64,000 nt of DNA, taken from NCBI GenBank assembly GCA_003246895.1, contig QKCL01000013.1:4363-68362 (forward strand), read 5' to 3'. This stretch comes from Spirochaetota bacterium. GTDB lineage: Bacteria > Spirochaetota > UBA4802 > UBA5550. The notes under the pieces were generated by a model. The model worked only from the letters and a program-made list of their open reading frames with translations, was not told where the DNA came from and ran no database searches. Shown piece by piece: positions 10,078 through 18,363 of the stretch (the first letter of the stretch is position 1; each line of letters opens with the position of its first letter). The translations under genes and the position numbers were made by a program.

Positions 10078-11972
10078 GCATCCTCCTCAATTTTCAGGGA
10101 CAATGCCACGGAAGCGGATATTGCCACAACAAGGACAGACCCCATATTATGTACAAGTGCTCCTGCAACAGGCGAAAGCAGCCCCATTGTGCTCAAGACT
10201 ACAGCAATAATATTTATTACAAGGCTTAACACAAGATTAATTCTTATTACAGAAACCATTTTTCTGCTTAATCTAACTAGAAATGGTATGAGCATAAGAT
10301 TATTATTCATGAGCACAACATCCGCTGTTTCAAGGGCAACCTGGGCTCCTGCAGCCCCCATTGCGATGCCGATATCTGCGGCCCTGAGTGAAGGAGCATC
10401 ATTTATTCCATCTCCAACATATAAAATGCCGGACATTTTTTCAACAGCCTCCATTTTTTCATGAGGGAGAAGTCCCCCGCTGTATTCCCCTATTCCGCTT
10501 TTCTCTGCAGCCTTTTGCACCGCCCCTTCATTATCACCGGACAGTAATGACATGTGCCTGATTCCCAGACTTTTCATGGATTCAACCATTTTACGGGCAC
10601 TTTCCCTGACCTCATCTTCAAGAAAAATATAACCGGCATGACCACCATTAAAGATTACATCCACACAGGTCATTCCGGGATACAGAATGTTTCTGCCCGC
10701 AACGACCTCCACCACATTACCATTAAGACTTCCCCTGACGCCTTTTCCCGGAAGTACGGCAACATCAGAGGCCTCTTCAACTGCAACATCCATTCCCCGG
10801 GCCATGGAAAGAACCGCTCCTGCAATGGGATGAGTGCTGCCCGTCTCAACTGATGATGCGATTCTAATTATGAAGTCACTGCTGTAACCATTCTCAGGTT
10901 CTATTTTTAATATCCTGGGTTTGCCTGAGGTTATTGTGCCTGTTTTATCAAATGCAGCAGTCTTTACCGCAGCAAGTTTTTCAAGATACTCTCCCCCCTT
11001 TACAATAATCCCAGACTTCGCCGCCCGGCCGATAGCTGCGACAGCCGGCACAGGCCCTGAAAGAAGGAACGAACATGGACAACCCACAACAAGTACGGCA
11101 ATTGCCCTGTCAGCGTCACCTGAAACCATCCAGGTTACTGCTGCCACTGTCACGATCAGTGGAGTAAAATATCCGGCATACCTGTCAACAATGCGGGTTC
11201 CCCTTACCCTGCTGTTTTCAGCACTCTCTATGAGACTCTTTATTTTTCCAATGGTCGAGTCAGCACCCCTTTGTCCAACCATTACTCTAAGATAACCGTC
11301 CAGATTTACTGTACCTGCGGAAACAGGATCTCCGGGCCCCTTGTACTGCGGCATTGACTCCCCCGTAAGTAGTGCTTCGTCAACAGCGCATGCTCCGTCA
11401 GTGATTACTCCATCAACAGGGATAATATCCCCTGCTCTGATAATTACAATTTCACCTATCTTAATTTCATCAATTCCCTTAATCTTTTCAGCTCCATTCT
11501 CTTCCAGAACGGCAGCACTATCAGGATTCATCTCCATGAGGCTTTCTATAGCACCCCTTGCCCTGCTGCTTACACCCTCTTCGACAAATGAGCCAAGCAC
11601 CATAATAAAGCTTATTATAGCAGCCTCAAAAAAACTGCCGTTTGCTAAACATGCTGCAATTGCAATACTGACCAGTTCATCAACATTAACCCTTCTCTTT
11701 AAAACACCCTTCAGGGCTTCTTTAATAATCGGGAACCCATTGATGAAGACGGAAATTGCCAGGAACCCATTAAGAATGTATTCTTTTCCATGACCATCCA
11801 TGATACTTCCAATAAAAAAATTAAAATTCAGAAAATACATCATGAACCCAAGAGGGATAAACAGCCCCCCTGCAATTATTCTTGCAAAATCCGATGAACG
11901 GAAAATATCCCTGTATACCATAATATTACTGTACCTGCCGATCATATAGCACCCCGATAGTCTGACAATCAT
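10074..11972 (-). CDS. P1B-type heavy-metal-translocating ATPase. It has a CPC motif and no N-terminal HMA domain.
   Basis: Motifs CPC (VGCPCSF), DKTGTIT, GDGINDAP and TGES are present. Eight TM-like segments are predicted. The N-terminus lacks a GMTCxxC metal-binding domain. Confidence 0.9.
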   Translation of the reverse strand: MIVRLSGCYMIGRYSNIMVYRDIFRSSDFARIIAGGLFIPLGFMMYFLNFNFFIGSIMDGHGKEYILNGFLAISVFINGFPIIKEALKGVLKRRVNVDELVSIAIAACLANGSFFEAAIISFIMVLGSFVEEGVSSRARGAIESLMEMNPDSAAVLEENGAEKIKGIDEIKIGEIVIIRAGDIIPVDGVITDGACAVDEALLTGESMPQYKGPGDPVSAGTVNLDGYLRVMVGQRGADSTIGKIKSLIESAENSRVRGTRIVDRYAGYFTPLIVTVAAVTWMVSGDADRAIAVLVVGCPCSFLLSGPVPAVAAIGRAAKSGIIVKGGEYLEKLAAVKTAAFDKTGTITSGKPRILKIEPENGYSSDFIIRIASSVETGSTHPIAGAVLSMARGMDVAVEEASDVAVLPGKGVRGSLNGNVVEVVAGRNILYPGMTCVDVIFNGGHAGYIFLEDEVRESARKMVESMKSLGIRHMSLLSGDNEGAVQKAAEKSGIGEYSGGLLPHEKMEAVEKMSGILYVGDGINDAPSLRAADIGIAMGAAGAQVALETADVVLMNNNLMLIPFLVRLSRKMVSVIRINLVLSLVINIIAVVLSTMGLLSPVAGALVHNMGSVLVVAISASVALSLKIEEDA

Positions 11973-11982
11973 TTATTTTGAT

Positions 11983-11999
11983 ATTCAAACTATTTGAAT
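11983..11999. promoter_or_regulatory. 17-bp palindrome ATTCAAACTATTTGAAT, a candidate repressor operator (copy 1). It overlaps the predicted -10 region of the ATPase promoter.
   Basis: Perfect 7-bp arms ATTCAAA/TTTGAAT read directly from the sequence. It lies 11-27 bp upstream of the ATPase start codon. The opposite strand carries TTGACA followed about 18 bp later by this element. Confidence 0.45.
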
Positions 12000-12033
12000 A
12001 TAAAAATAAATGTCAAGTTGTAAATTCATCAAG

Positions 12034-12050
12034 ATTCAAATAGTTTGAAT
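12034..12050. promoter_or_regulatory. Second copy of the 17-bp palindrome (ATTCAAATAGTTTGAAT). It is the exact reverse complement of copy 1.
   Basis: Read directly from the sequence. Centre-to-centre spacing to copy 1 is 51 bp, about 5 helical turns. Confidence 0.45.
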
Positions 12051-12123
12051 AATTCTGCAGTGAGGTCGAAGGCATATAATGAAAAAAATTTAAAACCCGT
12101 AGTAAAAGCTTATACAGTAATTG

Positions 12124-12627
12124 CTACTGGTTGTCTATTTGAGGGTAATGTTTTTTCATGCATACGGGACAGACACTATGGCTAAAATCTGCCCCGGAAT
12201 TTGATCTTATATATTTCTCGATACTCACCCATTGCCCATCTTCATTTCTTATTGACTTACAGAATGAACAGATAGGAAGGAGTCCTTCAAGGGCATTTAT
12301 CTCACTTTTTGCTGTCGTAAGTTCCGCGATAGTTGCCTCGAGCTGTTTTTCATATTCAGTTTTATGCTTCTGCTCATTCAGAATTTCATTGAGAAAGTTA
12401 TTCTCTTTTCTGAATACAAAATATGAAACCATTGCTGCAATAATTCCGCTGATTATAATTGTAATAAGATGAGATTGCCAGAGTGTTATTGAAGGCAAAA
12501 TAAAACTTTTGGAATATTCATAAATGCTCATAAGGATAACCATTATAATGGTTATTTTCAGCACCCTTATGGAAAGCTTATGTCTGCTTTTTTTATTATT
12601 CATTACAATACCTTTTTTACAATACAA
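12124..12627 (-). CDS. Membrane protein with two TM segments, a coiled coil and a C-terminal Cys4 zinc-ribbon-like module.
   Basis: Hydrophobic segments ITIIMVILMSIY and ITIIISGIIAAMVSYFVF. The C-terminus reads ICSFCKSIRNEDGQWVSIEKYI...SHSVCPVCMKKHYP. Confidence 0.5.
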   Translation of the reverse strand: MYCKKGIVMNNKKSRHKLSIRVLKITIIMVILMSIYEYSKSFILPSITLWQSHLITIIISGIIAAMVSYFVFRKENNFLNEILNEQKHKTEYEKQLEATIAELTTAKSEINALEGLLPICSFCKSIRNEDGQWVSIEKYIRSNSGADFSHSVCPVCMKKHYPQIDNQ

Positions 12628-12727
12628 AATATTATAATTTTAGTAAACAGGGAATTAAAAAAAATAGAGAGCTAATTGGATTGACATAATTCACATTTTA
12701 CACTACAAGTTATAGAAAGGAATAATA

Positions 12728-12916
12728 ATGAACAGAACTAATGAGATAATACTTAAAAGAATAATTGAAAAAGATTCAAACCTGAGCAAGACAGTTGCAG
12801 ACTACTACATGTCACTTAAAGAATTGAATGATCCTGCAAAGGCTGTAGAACTTCTGGCACGTCACGTTGCAATGATGGTTGAAATGATAAATGATTTTAA
12901 AAACAGTCCTAGATAA
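12728..12916 (+). CDS. Small hypothetical protein (62 aa).
   Basis: ORF only. It overlaps the convergent neighbour by 8 nt. Confidence 0.25.
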   Translation: MNRTNEIILKRIIEKDSNLSKTVADYYMSLKELNDPAKAVELLARHVAMMVEMINDFKNSPR

Positions 12917-13505
12917 TGCCGCTGAAATTTCTGCTAAGTTCTCTCAGGCCCTTTCTGATTAGACTCTTGTTACTTTTAAGTTTTTTTACATGGGATCTGC
13001 TTTTTCCTACCCCGGATGAATACTCATCATTGTTAATAACTCCCATGGAATGCAGCTTGTTCAGTCTTTTCATTTCATCTTCATTTCTTTGAATCTGAAA
13101 TTCAAGAGAGTTCAGGTATTTTGTAATAGTAACCGCCTCTTCCCTGCTTATCTGAAAAAGTCTGGTCAGCACGTCTCTCTGGGAGTCAATCCCCCTTCGG
13201 CACTGCTCAGCCTTAAAAATTTCACTGAAAGATAATTCATAATTTGAGGAAAGTATTTTTCTGAGCATCTGAATTTCACGGAAAAGCCTGTCAATTTTAA
13301 AGGGTGCTGTTTTTATTTCATTTATAAATTTAAGCTTATCAGGAGTTATTACAAGGAACTTATCGGATTCAATATCCTCCTGCCTGCGGCATATTGAAAA
13401 AACTTCCCTCAGGTTAACTTCCTCACTTTCATGAATTTGTTCCTGATTTTTCACCTTTCCGGTTCTGTGAAGAATTTTATCCAGTGGTTTACCAATAAAT
13501 TTCAC
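12909..13505 (-). CDS. Hypothetical cytoplasmic protein (198 aa, charged/helical).
   Basis: The ORF fills the gap. No recognisable motifs. Confidence 0.4.
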   Translation of the reverse strand: MKFIGKPLDKILHRTGKVKNQEQIHESEEVNLREVFSICRRQEDIESDKFLVITPDKLKFINEIKTAPFKIDRLFREIQMLRKILSSNYELSFSEIFKAEQCRRGIDSQRDVLTRLFQISREEAVTITKYLNSLEFQIQRNEDEMKRLNKLHSMGVINNDEYSSGVGKSRSHVKKLKSNKSLIRKGLRELSRNFSGII

Positions 13506-13678
13506 AATATACCTCTGTCCAGCAAAACTCTATAAATGCGACATAACATTAAAACCAAAATAATTAAAACCGATGCAAAAAACAAGTGACGCCTTTTTTT
13601 TATTAAAAAATATATTTTTTATTTATAATAAAATATCTCTTTAATATATTAAAATAAAATACATTGACCTGGAACAAG

Positions 13679-14779
13679 ATGAAACAGAAAAACAGCAAAA
13701 TTCTGCTTATAGATGATGATGAGGGAATTCTCCGGTTATTCAGCAAATACCTTGAGAAAAAAAATTATACAGTAATTTCAACCAGCAATGGTGAGGATGG
13801 ATTCAATAAATATCGTTCAGAAAACCCTGATCTAATTATTACAGATTTAAAAATGCCCGGAATCTCGGGACTTGACCTCATAAAGAAAATTGTTGAAAAC
13901 AGCAAAGCATCCAATACAGACAGCATCCCGGTAATTGTCGTATCCGGAACAGACGACATTCAGGATATGGTACAGGCTCTCCGCCATGGCGCATGGGACT
14001 ACCTCATAAAACCCATTGAAGACCTGGACATTCTCAACCATGCTGTTTCCAAGGCCATGGAGAAATATTCTCTCATACTTGAGAACAACAGATACAGAGA
14101 GGATCTTGAAGAAAAAGTCAGAATACGAACTCAGGAATACCAGGATGAACTGAACACAAGAATTATGACCGAAAGACTTCTAAACGAAAGTATGGGCAAC
14201 CTCCAGAGGATTCTTGACGGAGTAATCTCAACAATTTCAAAAATCGGGGATATCCGCGACCCCTACACAGGAGGTCACCAGCACAGGGTTTCAGTTCTCA
14301 GTACAATGATTGCAAATGAGATGGATCTGCCCGAGGACCAGATCAAGGCCATAAACATTGCGGCCCTCCTGCATGATATCGGGAAAGTTGCAATTCCGCT
14401 GGAAATTCTCAGCAAACCGGGAAAAATCATGCGAATCGAAAAGGAGCTCATACAGACACACCCTACGGCCGGGTATGAAATTCTCAAGGAAATTGAATTC
14501 CCCTGGCCAATCGCTGAAATTGTTTACCAGCATCATGAAAGACTCGACGGCTCCGGCTACCCGCGCGGTCTGAAAGATGAAGAAATACATCTTGAATCAA
14601 AAATAATAAGTGTGGCTGACGTAGTTGAAGCAGTCGCTTCACACAGGCCCTACAGGGCTGCTCTCGGTATGGACAAGGCGCTGGAAATAATCCGGGAAGA
14701 TTCATTGTCGGCACTTGACCCTCATGTTGTCACTGCATGTATTAACGTTATAAGGAAGAATAAATTTACTTTTTCCTAA
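13679..14779 (+). CDS. Response regulator with a REC domain and an HD-GYP domain (probable c-di-GMP phosphodiesterase).
   Basis: REC motifs LLIDDDE and ITDLKMPGISG. HD-GYP motifs HDIGKV and HHERLDGSGYPRGL. The start was set to the internal ATG (MKQKNS...). Confidence 0.85.
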   Translation: MKQKNSKILLIDDDEGILRLFSKYLEKKNYTVISTSNGEDGFNKYRSENPDLIITDLKMPGISGLDLIKKIVENSKASNTDSIPVIVVSGTDDIQDMVQALRHGAWDYLIKPIEDLDILNHAVSKAMEKYSLILENNRYREDLEEKVRIRTQEYQDELNTRIMTERLLNESMGNLQRILDGVISTISKIGDIRDPYTGGHQHRVSVLSTMIANEMDLPEDQIKAINIAALLHDIGKVAIPLEILSKPGKIMRIEKELIQTHPTAGYEILKEIEFPWPIAEIVYQHHERLDGSGYPRGLKDEEIHLESKIISVADVVEAVASHRPYRAALGMDKALEIIREDSLSALDPHVVTACINVIRKNKFTFS

Positions 14780-14869
14780 TAATTATTTGAAATTTTGGTT
14801 TTAAAAAAAATCAGATTCTGTAGAATGTTTAAATATTAAATGAATAATTAAAATCCGGAGGATATAAAA

Positions 14870-15400
14870 ATGAGCATGCCTGAAAAAAGAACAAAAGTTA
14901 TAGAAGTACTCAACAAAGCAAGATCAATGGAACTTCAATCCATATACCAGTATATGAACCAGCACTATAACCTGGACGACATGGATTATGGTGAACTTGC
15001 AAAGAACATGAAGCTGATCGCCATTGATGAAATGAGACATGCGGAAATGTTTGCCGAAAGGGTCAAGGAACTCGGAGGAGAGCCAGTTTCAGAACCAGCA
15101 GGTCCTGTAATCAAGGGACAGGAAGTTGAAAAAATATATCCCTTTGACAGCGGAGAGGAAGACAGCGCGATTAATTCATATAACCAGTTTCTCCATGTCT
15201 GCCAGGAGAATAATGACAATACCTCTGCAAAAATATTTGAAGATATTATCGATGAGGAATGGAAACACAAAAGCTATTTTGACAATATAGCGGAACATAT
15301 CAGTAAACTTGGCGCATCATATCTTGCAACCATTGCAGGAACTTCGGCCAGTACAGGCGGAACAACAAAGGGATTTGTCATAAACGGCGGAAACGCATAA
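14870..15400 (+). CDS. Bacterioferritin-like di-iron protein with a 25-aa Gly/Thr/Ser-rich C-terminal extension.
   Basis: Ferroxidase ligand pattern E...DEMRHAE...E...EEWKH. The Met in DEMRH sits at the Bfr haem-Met position. RBS GGAGGA is present. Confidence 0.7.
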   Translation: MSMPEKRTKVIEVLNKARSMELQSIYQYMNQHYNLDDMDYGELAKNMKLIAIDEMRHAEMFAERVKELGGEPVSEPAGPVIKGQEVEKIYPFDSGEEDSAINSYNQFLHVCQENNDNTSAKIFEDIIDEEWKHKSYFDNIAEHISKLGASYLATIAGTSASTGGTTKGFVINGGNA

Positions 15401-15427
15401 ATTCCCAAATAGCATTACTACATAAAA

Positions 15428-15457
15428 AAGCAAAGCCTCCAGGCTTTGCTTTTTTTG
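15428..15457. terminator. Bidirectional intrinsic terminator hairpin between convergent genes.
   Basis: AAAAAGCAAAGCCTCCAGGCTTTGCTTTTTTT: an 8-bp GC-containing stem flanked by an A-run and a T-run. Confidence 0.6.
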
Positions 15458-15474
15458 TTTAATATTCTTTTAAT

Positions 15475-16044
15475 CTACTGAAGTTTCAGTTTAGAGACCT
15501 TTTCTTCACCAAGCTCCCTGACCAGGTTTATACCCATGTCAAGGGCCCTGAGATTTATATCAATCAGTGACGGTTTAAATCTATTTCTGATTACCATTCT
15601 GATTGTTTCTGGATCTATGAGTTCTACTATTTCAGAGAGTACTCCGAGCATGCATATGTTTATCATCTGAACAGAATTAAATTCACTCATGCACGCACCG
15701 AACATATCCAGACCAAGCATCTTGTAATCCTTTATCTTCACGTTCTTGACATTATGTGAGTCATAAATGACCAGGCCTCCCGGAGTAGCCATCTTTATGT
15801 ACTTGTTATATGCTTCCTGACTTAGACAGACAAGAACATCGGGATACATAACCTTGGGATAATGTATTTTGCTGCTTGATATAATAACATCCGTTCTCGC
15901 AGCTCCACCTCTTGCCTCCGGGCCGTAGCTCTGGGTCTGAACCGCAAAAAGATTTCCATAAGTTGCTGTGGCTTCTCCCAGAAGAAGTCCTGCCGTTATG
16001 GCACCCTGACCGCCTGTACCGGACAGAATAAATTTATATTTCAT
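15475..16044 (-). CDS. 2-oxoacid:ferredoxin oxidoreductase, gamma subunit.
   Basis: N-terminal GTGGQG motif and a size of 189 aa. Confidence 0.85.
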   Translation of the reverse strand: MKYKFILSGTGGQGAITAGLLLGEATATYGNLFAVQTQSYGPEARGGAARTDVIISSSKIHYPKVMYPDVLVCLSQEAYNKYIKMATPGGLVIYDSHNVKNVKIKDYKMLGLDMFGACMSEFNSVQMINICMLGVLSEIVELIDPETIRMVIRNRFKPSLIDINLRALDMGINLVRELGEEKVSKLKLQ

Positions 16045-16841
16045 TTTTTGCCCCCCTGAACCTCTTTGACAAGACTTTCATATTTATCACAATACTCCGG
16101 CCTTACCTCTTTAACAAAAACTCCTATCTCTATCTCTCCGGGAGCACCTGTCCCCTTGCCAATTTTTACAGAATTTTCCTTAAAGTGTTTGAGCATATCC
16201 ACTGCGCTGCCGGAAAGATTCTTACGTCCATAATAGGTCGGGCACTGATCCAGAATTTCTATAACAGAAAAACCGGGATGTTCAATACCTTCCCTGATCA
16301 GCTTTATGAGTTCATTTACATGATAAGTGGTACTCCTTGCAACAAAACTGGCTCCTGCTGCTGTTGCAACCTTGACAACATCAAATGGTTCATCAATAGT
16401 ACCGTAAGGTGCAGTTGTTGCATACCTGTTCTTTGGAGTAGCAGGAGAGAACTGTCCTCCCGTCATTCCGTAAATATTATTATTCATGACAATGGCCGTT
16501 AGGTCCATGTTTCTCCTTGCGGCATGAATAAAGTGGTTGCCTCCGATTGCCAGAGCATCGCCGTCACCCATGGGAACAATAACCTTCAACCTTGGATTTC
16601 CCATTTTGGCTCCCGTTGCAAATGCAAGAGCCCTGCCGTGAAGTGTATGCATTGTATGAAAATCAAGGTAACCGGCCATCCTGGCTGAACAGCCTATACC
16701 GGAAACCATAACTACATCATTTTTTTCAAGACCAATCTGCTCAACGGCCCTCACCAGGCTGTTCAGCACTATTCCGTGCCCGCACCCGGGACACCAGATA
16801 TGGGGCATAAACTGTTCTCTTAAATAATCTGTAACTGCCAT
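16041..16841 (-). CDS. 2-oxoacid:ferredoxin oxidoreductase, beta subunit (TPP-binding).
   Basis: CPGCGHG, a GDG...N TPP motif, and the GIGCS segment. Confidence 0.9.
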   Translation of the reverse strand: MAVTDYLREQFMPHIWCPGCGHGIVLNSLVRAVEQIGLEKNDVVMVSGIGCSARMAGYLDFHTMHTLHGRALAFATGAKMGNPRLKVIVPMGDGDALAIGGNHFIHAARRNMDLTAIVMNNNIYGMTGGQFSPATPKNRYATTAPYGTIDEPFDVVKVATAAGASFVARSTTYHVNELIKLIREGIEHPGFSVIEILDQCPTYYGRKNLSGSAVDMLKHFKENSVKIGKGTGAPGEIEIGVFVKEVRPEYCDKYESLVKEVQGGKK

Positions 16842-16842
16842 A

Positions 16843-18015
16843 CTATTTCCCCTTTCCTCTCAGTAAATTCACGACATTTTCAATGTCTTCCGGATTGATG
16901 AGAGCCCCATCGACCCTGTTTGCGAGGAAAACCCTGTCAGGATTGCTGACAGCTTCCTTAACCTGATGAAGCACCTGGCCCATATTCATCTCCGCAACAA
17001 CTACATACCGTGCATCCCTGCAGAGATCATATATTATATCATCCGGGAAGGGCCAGAGCGTCTGCAGTTCAATCATCCCCACCCTGAGGCCCCTCTGACG
17101 CAGATTGCTCATGGTCTGCTTGGCAGATCGGGCCGAACATCCGTATGAAATCAGTACTATATCCGCATCATCCATGTTTGTGGTTTTGTATCTTGCTATA
17201 TCATGTTTATAATTCTCCACCTTGTTTACAAGATGGTGGATCAGTGTATTTGCAACTTCCGGATCATTTGAAGGAAACCCCCACATGTCATGCGCAAGCC
17301 CGGTAACATTGTATCTGTGAATACCGCCAAATTCTGACATTGGAAGTCTTCCATCCTCCCTTGCAAAATAAGGGTGATAATCTGAATCCTCGGGAACTGA
17401 TGTATTGAGCCGTTCAATAATCGGAAGTTCTCCGGGTTCAGGAATAGTCAACCCCTCTCTCATGTGGGCAATAACTTCATCAAGTAGCAGAACAACAGGC
17501 ATCCTGTAGAGTTCTGAAAAGTTGAATGCCTCAACAGTCATTGCAAAAATATCCTCATGGTTTGAAGCGGTAAGCGCTATTACGCTATGGTCTCCATGTG
17601 TCCCCCATCTTGTCTGCATAACATCGGCCTGACTGGCACTGGTCGGCATACCGGTAGATGGCCCTCCCCTCTGGACATTTACTATTACGCAGGGAATCTC
17701 TGCCATGTGTCCGTAACCGATAGCCTCCTGCATAAGGGAAAAGCCTGGGCCGCTTGTGGCTGTCATAACCTTGTTCCCGGTTAGTGAAGCGCCTATTATT
17801 GCACATATTGAGGATATCTCATCCTCCATCTGCATAAAAGCCTTGCCCTCTGCAGGCATAAGCTCTGCGAGTACCTCGGCTATCTCAGTTGACGGAGTAA
17901 TGGGATAACCAGCATAGAAGGAAACACCGGCATACATTGCTGCCCGTGCACACACTTCATTGCCCTGCAGAAACAGTATCTCATTTTTCTTCATCAGATT
18001 CCTCCTGAGTTTCAA
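16843..18015 (-). CDS. 2-oxoacid:ferredoxin oxidoreductase, alpha subunit.
   Basis: 390 aa with POR/KOR alpha-like domains. It is contiguous with the beta subunit. Confidence 0.9.
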   Translation of the reverse strand: MKLRRNLMKKNEILFLQGNEVCARAAMYAGVSFYAGYPITPSTEIAEVLAELMPAEGKAFMQMEDEISSICAIIGASLTGNKVMTATSGPGFSLMQEAIGYGHMAEIPCVIVNVQRGGPSTGMPTSASQADVMQTRWGTHGDHSVIALTASNHEDIFAMTVEAFNFSELYRMPVVLLLDEVIAHMREGLTIPEPGELPIIERLNTSVPEDSDYHPYFAREDGRLPMSEFGGIHRYNVTGLAHDMWGFPSNDPEVANTLIHHLVNKVENYKHDIARYKTTNMDDADIVLISYGCSARSAKQTMSNLRQRGLRVGMIELQTLWPFPDDIIYDLCRDARYVVVAEMNMGQVLHQVKEAVSNPDRVFLANRVDGALINPEDIENVVNLLRGKGK

Positions 18016-18196
18016 TAATCTGTATGGCGATATCTGGGCATCTTAATTCACACATTTTACAAAAAATACAATCACCGCTCCTGGGAGCATAGATCTTTAA
18101 TTCATCATCAAGTTCGAGAACATTCTTAGGGCAGAATTCAACGCAAATTCCACAGCCCTTACACCAGTCTCTGTTGAATTTTAGTTTCTTTTTCAT
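17981..18196 (-). CDS. 2-oxoacid:ferredoxin oxidoreductase, delta subunit (2x[4Fe-4S] ferredoxin).
   Basis: CKGCGICVEFCP and CIFCKMCELRCP. It overlaps the alpha subunit by 35 nt. Confidence 0.85.
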   Translation of the reverse strand: MKKKLKFNRDWCKGCGICVEFCPKNVLELDDELKIYAPRSGDCIFCKMCELRCPDIAIQIIETQEESDEEK

Positions 18197-18363
18197 ATTA
18201 GCTCTATGTAAGTTATTTTTGGTTCCTACTATTATTGCAGAAATTATATAATAATAGTAAAAACTATGCCAATTTTCGAAAATGAATGGAAAAATTGCAA
18301 TAAGAATATTTGAAAAATTGACATTTTAATTTTTTCGTACATTCAAATAAGAAATGTAAAAAA

